A stretch of 25,283 nt of DNA, from contig CAZMIT010000013.1 of NCBI GenBank assembly GCA_964566495.1, positions 1 through 25,283 on the forward strand. The letters are read 5' to 3'. Below the pieces are notes generated by a model. The model was not told the origin of the DNA. It saw only the letters and a list, made by a program, of their open reading frames with translations, and did no database searches. Positions within the stretch are counted from its first letter, which is position 1. Every line of letters begins with the position of its first letter. Positions 23,939-25,283 of the stretch are shown one piece after another. The position numbers were made by a program, and so were the translations under genes. This DNA is from an uncultured bacterium. GTDB lineage: Bacteria; T1Sed10-126.

Positions 23939-25276
23939 TCAAAATTTCAATTCTTGTTCTAACAGTGATTCTTGAAATTGGCCGGTTGCCAGCTCGAGAG
24001 CCAGTTTATCCAGCTTTAAATTAATTCGTTCGGAAGCCAGCTCCAGTTCCGCCTCGTTAAGTATAGTGATAGCGTCACTAACTTCAACCTGGTCGGACAA
24101 CCCTTCTTCAAATTTGGCCGTCACTTCGCGGTGATTCTCATCGGCGGCCTCCACTTCCTGTTCGAGTGCTTGCAAGACTTTTTCGCGCGTCTGGACGTCC
24201 CGGTAGGCCTCTTCAACCTGAACACGCAGCTCTTCGTTCATCCGACCCAGACCGGCCTCGGCCTGGCGATGGAGGGCTCGTGCCCGCCGTATTTCGGCTT
24301 CAATTCGACCGCCACTAAAGAGCGGATAACTTACGGTCCCACTAACCATCCATTCCTGGTCCTCGTCACCGACCTCTTCGTCGTAATGTGTTCCCGTCAA
24401 CTGAGCGTCAATAGAAGGATAGCGTTCAGCCAGCTCCATTTCCACCCGTTGCCTGGCCTGGTCAAGTTTTCTTTCAGTACCGAGATAGTCTCGACGGTTG
24501 CTCTGAGCCGACTCAAAATATGTCTCTATTGACTCCAGACTCACTTCCGTTTCAACCTGGGCTTCCACCCGAGCGGGTATAGGATCACCGCCTAATTCAC
24601 GGCGAAGCTCCGACAGCCGCAATTGCAATCCATTTTTCGCTCGCTCCAGTTCACGCTCAGCTTGGGCCACCTGCACCCGGGCGCGAAGCATCGGAGTTCT
24701 TGTGATCATCCCCTCCTCATACATCGCTTCGGAACGCTCAAGCTGGGTTTGCGCCCGTTCCTTCATATTTTCAAATATCTCTATCTGTTTCCGGGCCAGC
24801 TCAACCCCATAAAATTGACTTGCTACCTGGTATAGAACCTGCTGAGTCTCGTAAAAATAGTCCAGCTCTGCTGCTTCGCGATGCAGACGAGCTATCTGAC
24901 GGGCCGACAATAATTGACCGGCCCGGTAAAGCGGCTGACTCAACGTCGCCGTTGCCCTCCACGAATCGTCGGTTGTCGCTGACCCGGGCACAACTTGATC
25001 ACGTCCGGGGTCATACCCAAAAGCCTGACGGCTCCGTCGACGGTCTGCTGTCGCCGACACGTCTAACTGCGGCAGAATATCAGAGGTGACCACAGTAACA
25101 TCCTCATCCAATTCCTTCAGTTGTTCGCGCAGCGTAATTAAATTATGATTGTTCTCCAGCGCCATCTTGTAAGCTTCTTCCAGTGTTAATTTTTCCTCGG
25201 CTGACAGGGGAGCTACCAGTAACCCGATCAGACCGAAAATCAATAAAAATGCTCCAGTTTTTTTAATTATTTGCAT
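23939..25276 (-). CDS. TolC-family outer membrane efflux protein
   Basis: Signal peptide, LTLEEAY.MALENN, LP.LD, LSQPLY..G, YPLFSGG, F.EG; directly upstream of MFP and RND. Confidence 0.92.
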   Translation of the reverse strand: MQIIKKTGAFLLIFGLIGLLVAPLSAEEKLTLEEAYKMALENNHNLITLREQLKELDEDVTVVTSDILPQLDVSATADRRRSRQAFGYDPGRDQVVPGSATTDDSWRATATLSQPLYRAGQLLSARQIARLHREAAELDYFYETQQVLYQVASQFYGVELARKQIEIFENMKERAQTQLERSEAMYEEGMITRTPMLRARVQVAQAERELERAKNGLQLRLSELRRELGGDPIPARVEAQVETEVSLESIETYFESAQSNRRDYLGTERKLDQARQRVEMELAERYPSIDAQLTGTHYDEEVGDEDQEWMVSGTVSYPLFSGGRIEAEIRRARALHRQAEAGLGRMNEELRVQVEEAYRDVQTREKVLQALEQEVEAADENHREVTAKFEEGLSDQVEVSDAITILNEAELELASERINLKLDKLALELATGQFQESLLEQELKF

Positions 25277-25283
25277 TCTTCCC

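Overview
Chromosomal housekeeping region of a diderm bacterium (TolC present; many proteins are noticeably Glu/Asp-rich). Gene order: rpoD and dnaG, led by a translationally coupled SPL-like radical SAM gene (all minus strand); a divergent glutamate synthase large subunit with no adjacent small subunit; a YhcC/YtqA (TIGR01212-type) radical SAM gene; a PmtA-like methyltransferase; yqeY-recA-recX (minus); a DUF2339-like membrane protein; a membrane-anchored NERD protein; folA; a PAP2 phosphatase; and a tolC-MFP-RND-PII-like efflux operon (minus). No rRNA, tRNA, CRISPR array or transposase is visible. The most unusual signal is non-coding. Several intergenic regions carry related palindromic miniature elements, including modules that appear inserted at a duplicated TA inside a GTAACTGTT-TA-AACAGTTAC-like palindrome, with an apparent filled/empty site pair (15030-15319 vs 10382-10443). 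Other points of interest: an abrupt third-position GC switch inside rpoD, an RND permease with about 130 extra C-terminal residues forming about 4 hydrophobic segments, and the radical SAM gene at the head of the dnaG-rpoD operon. All calls are by eye; no database searches were run.
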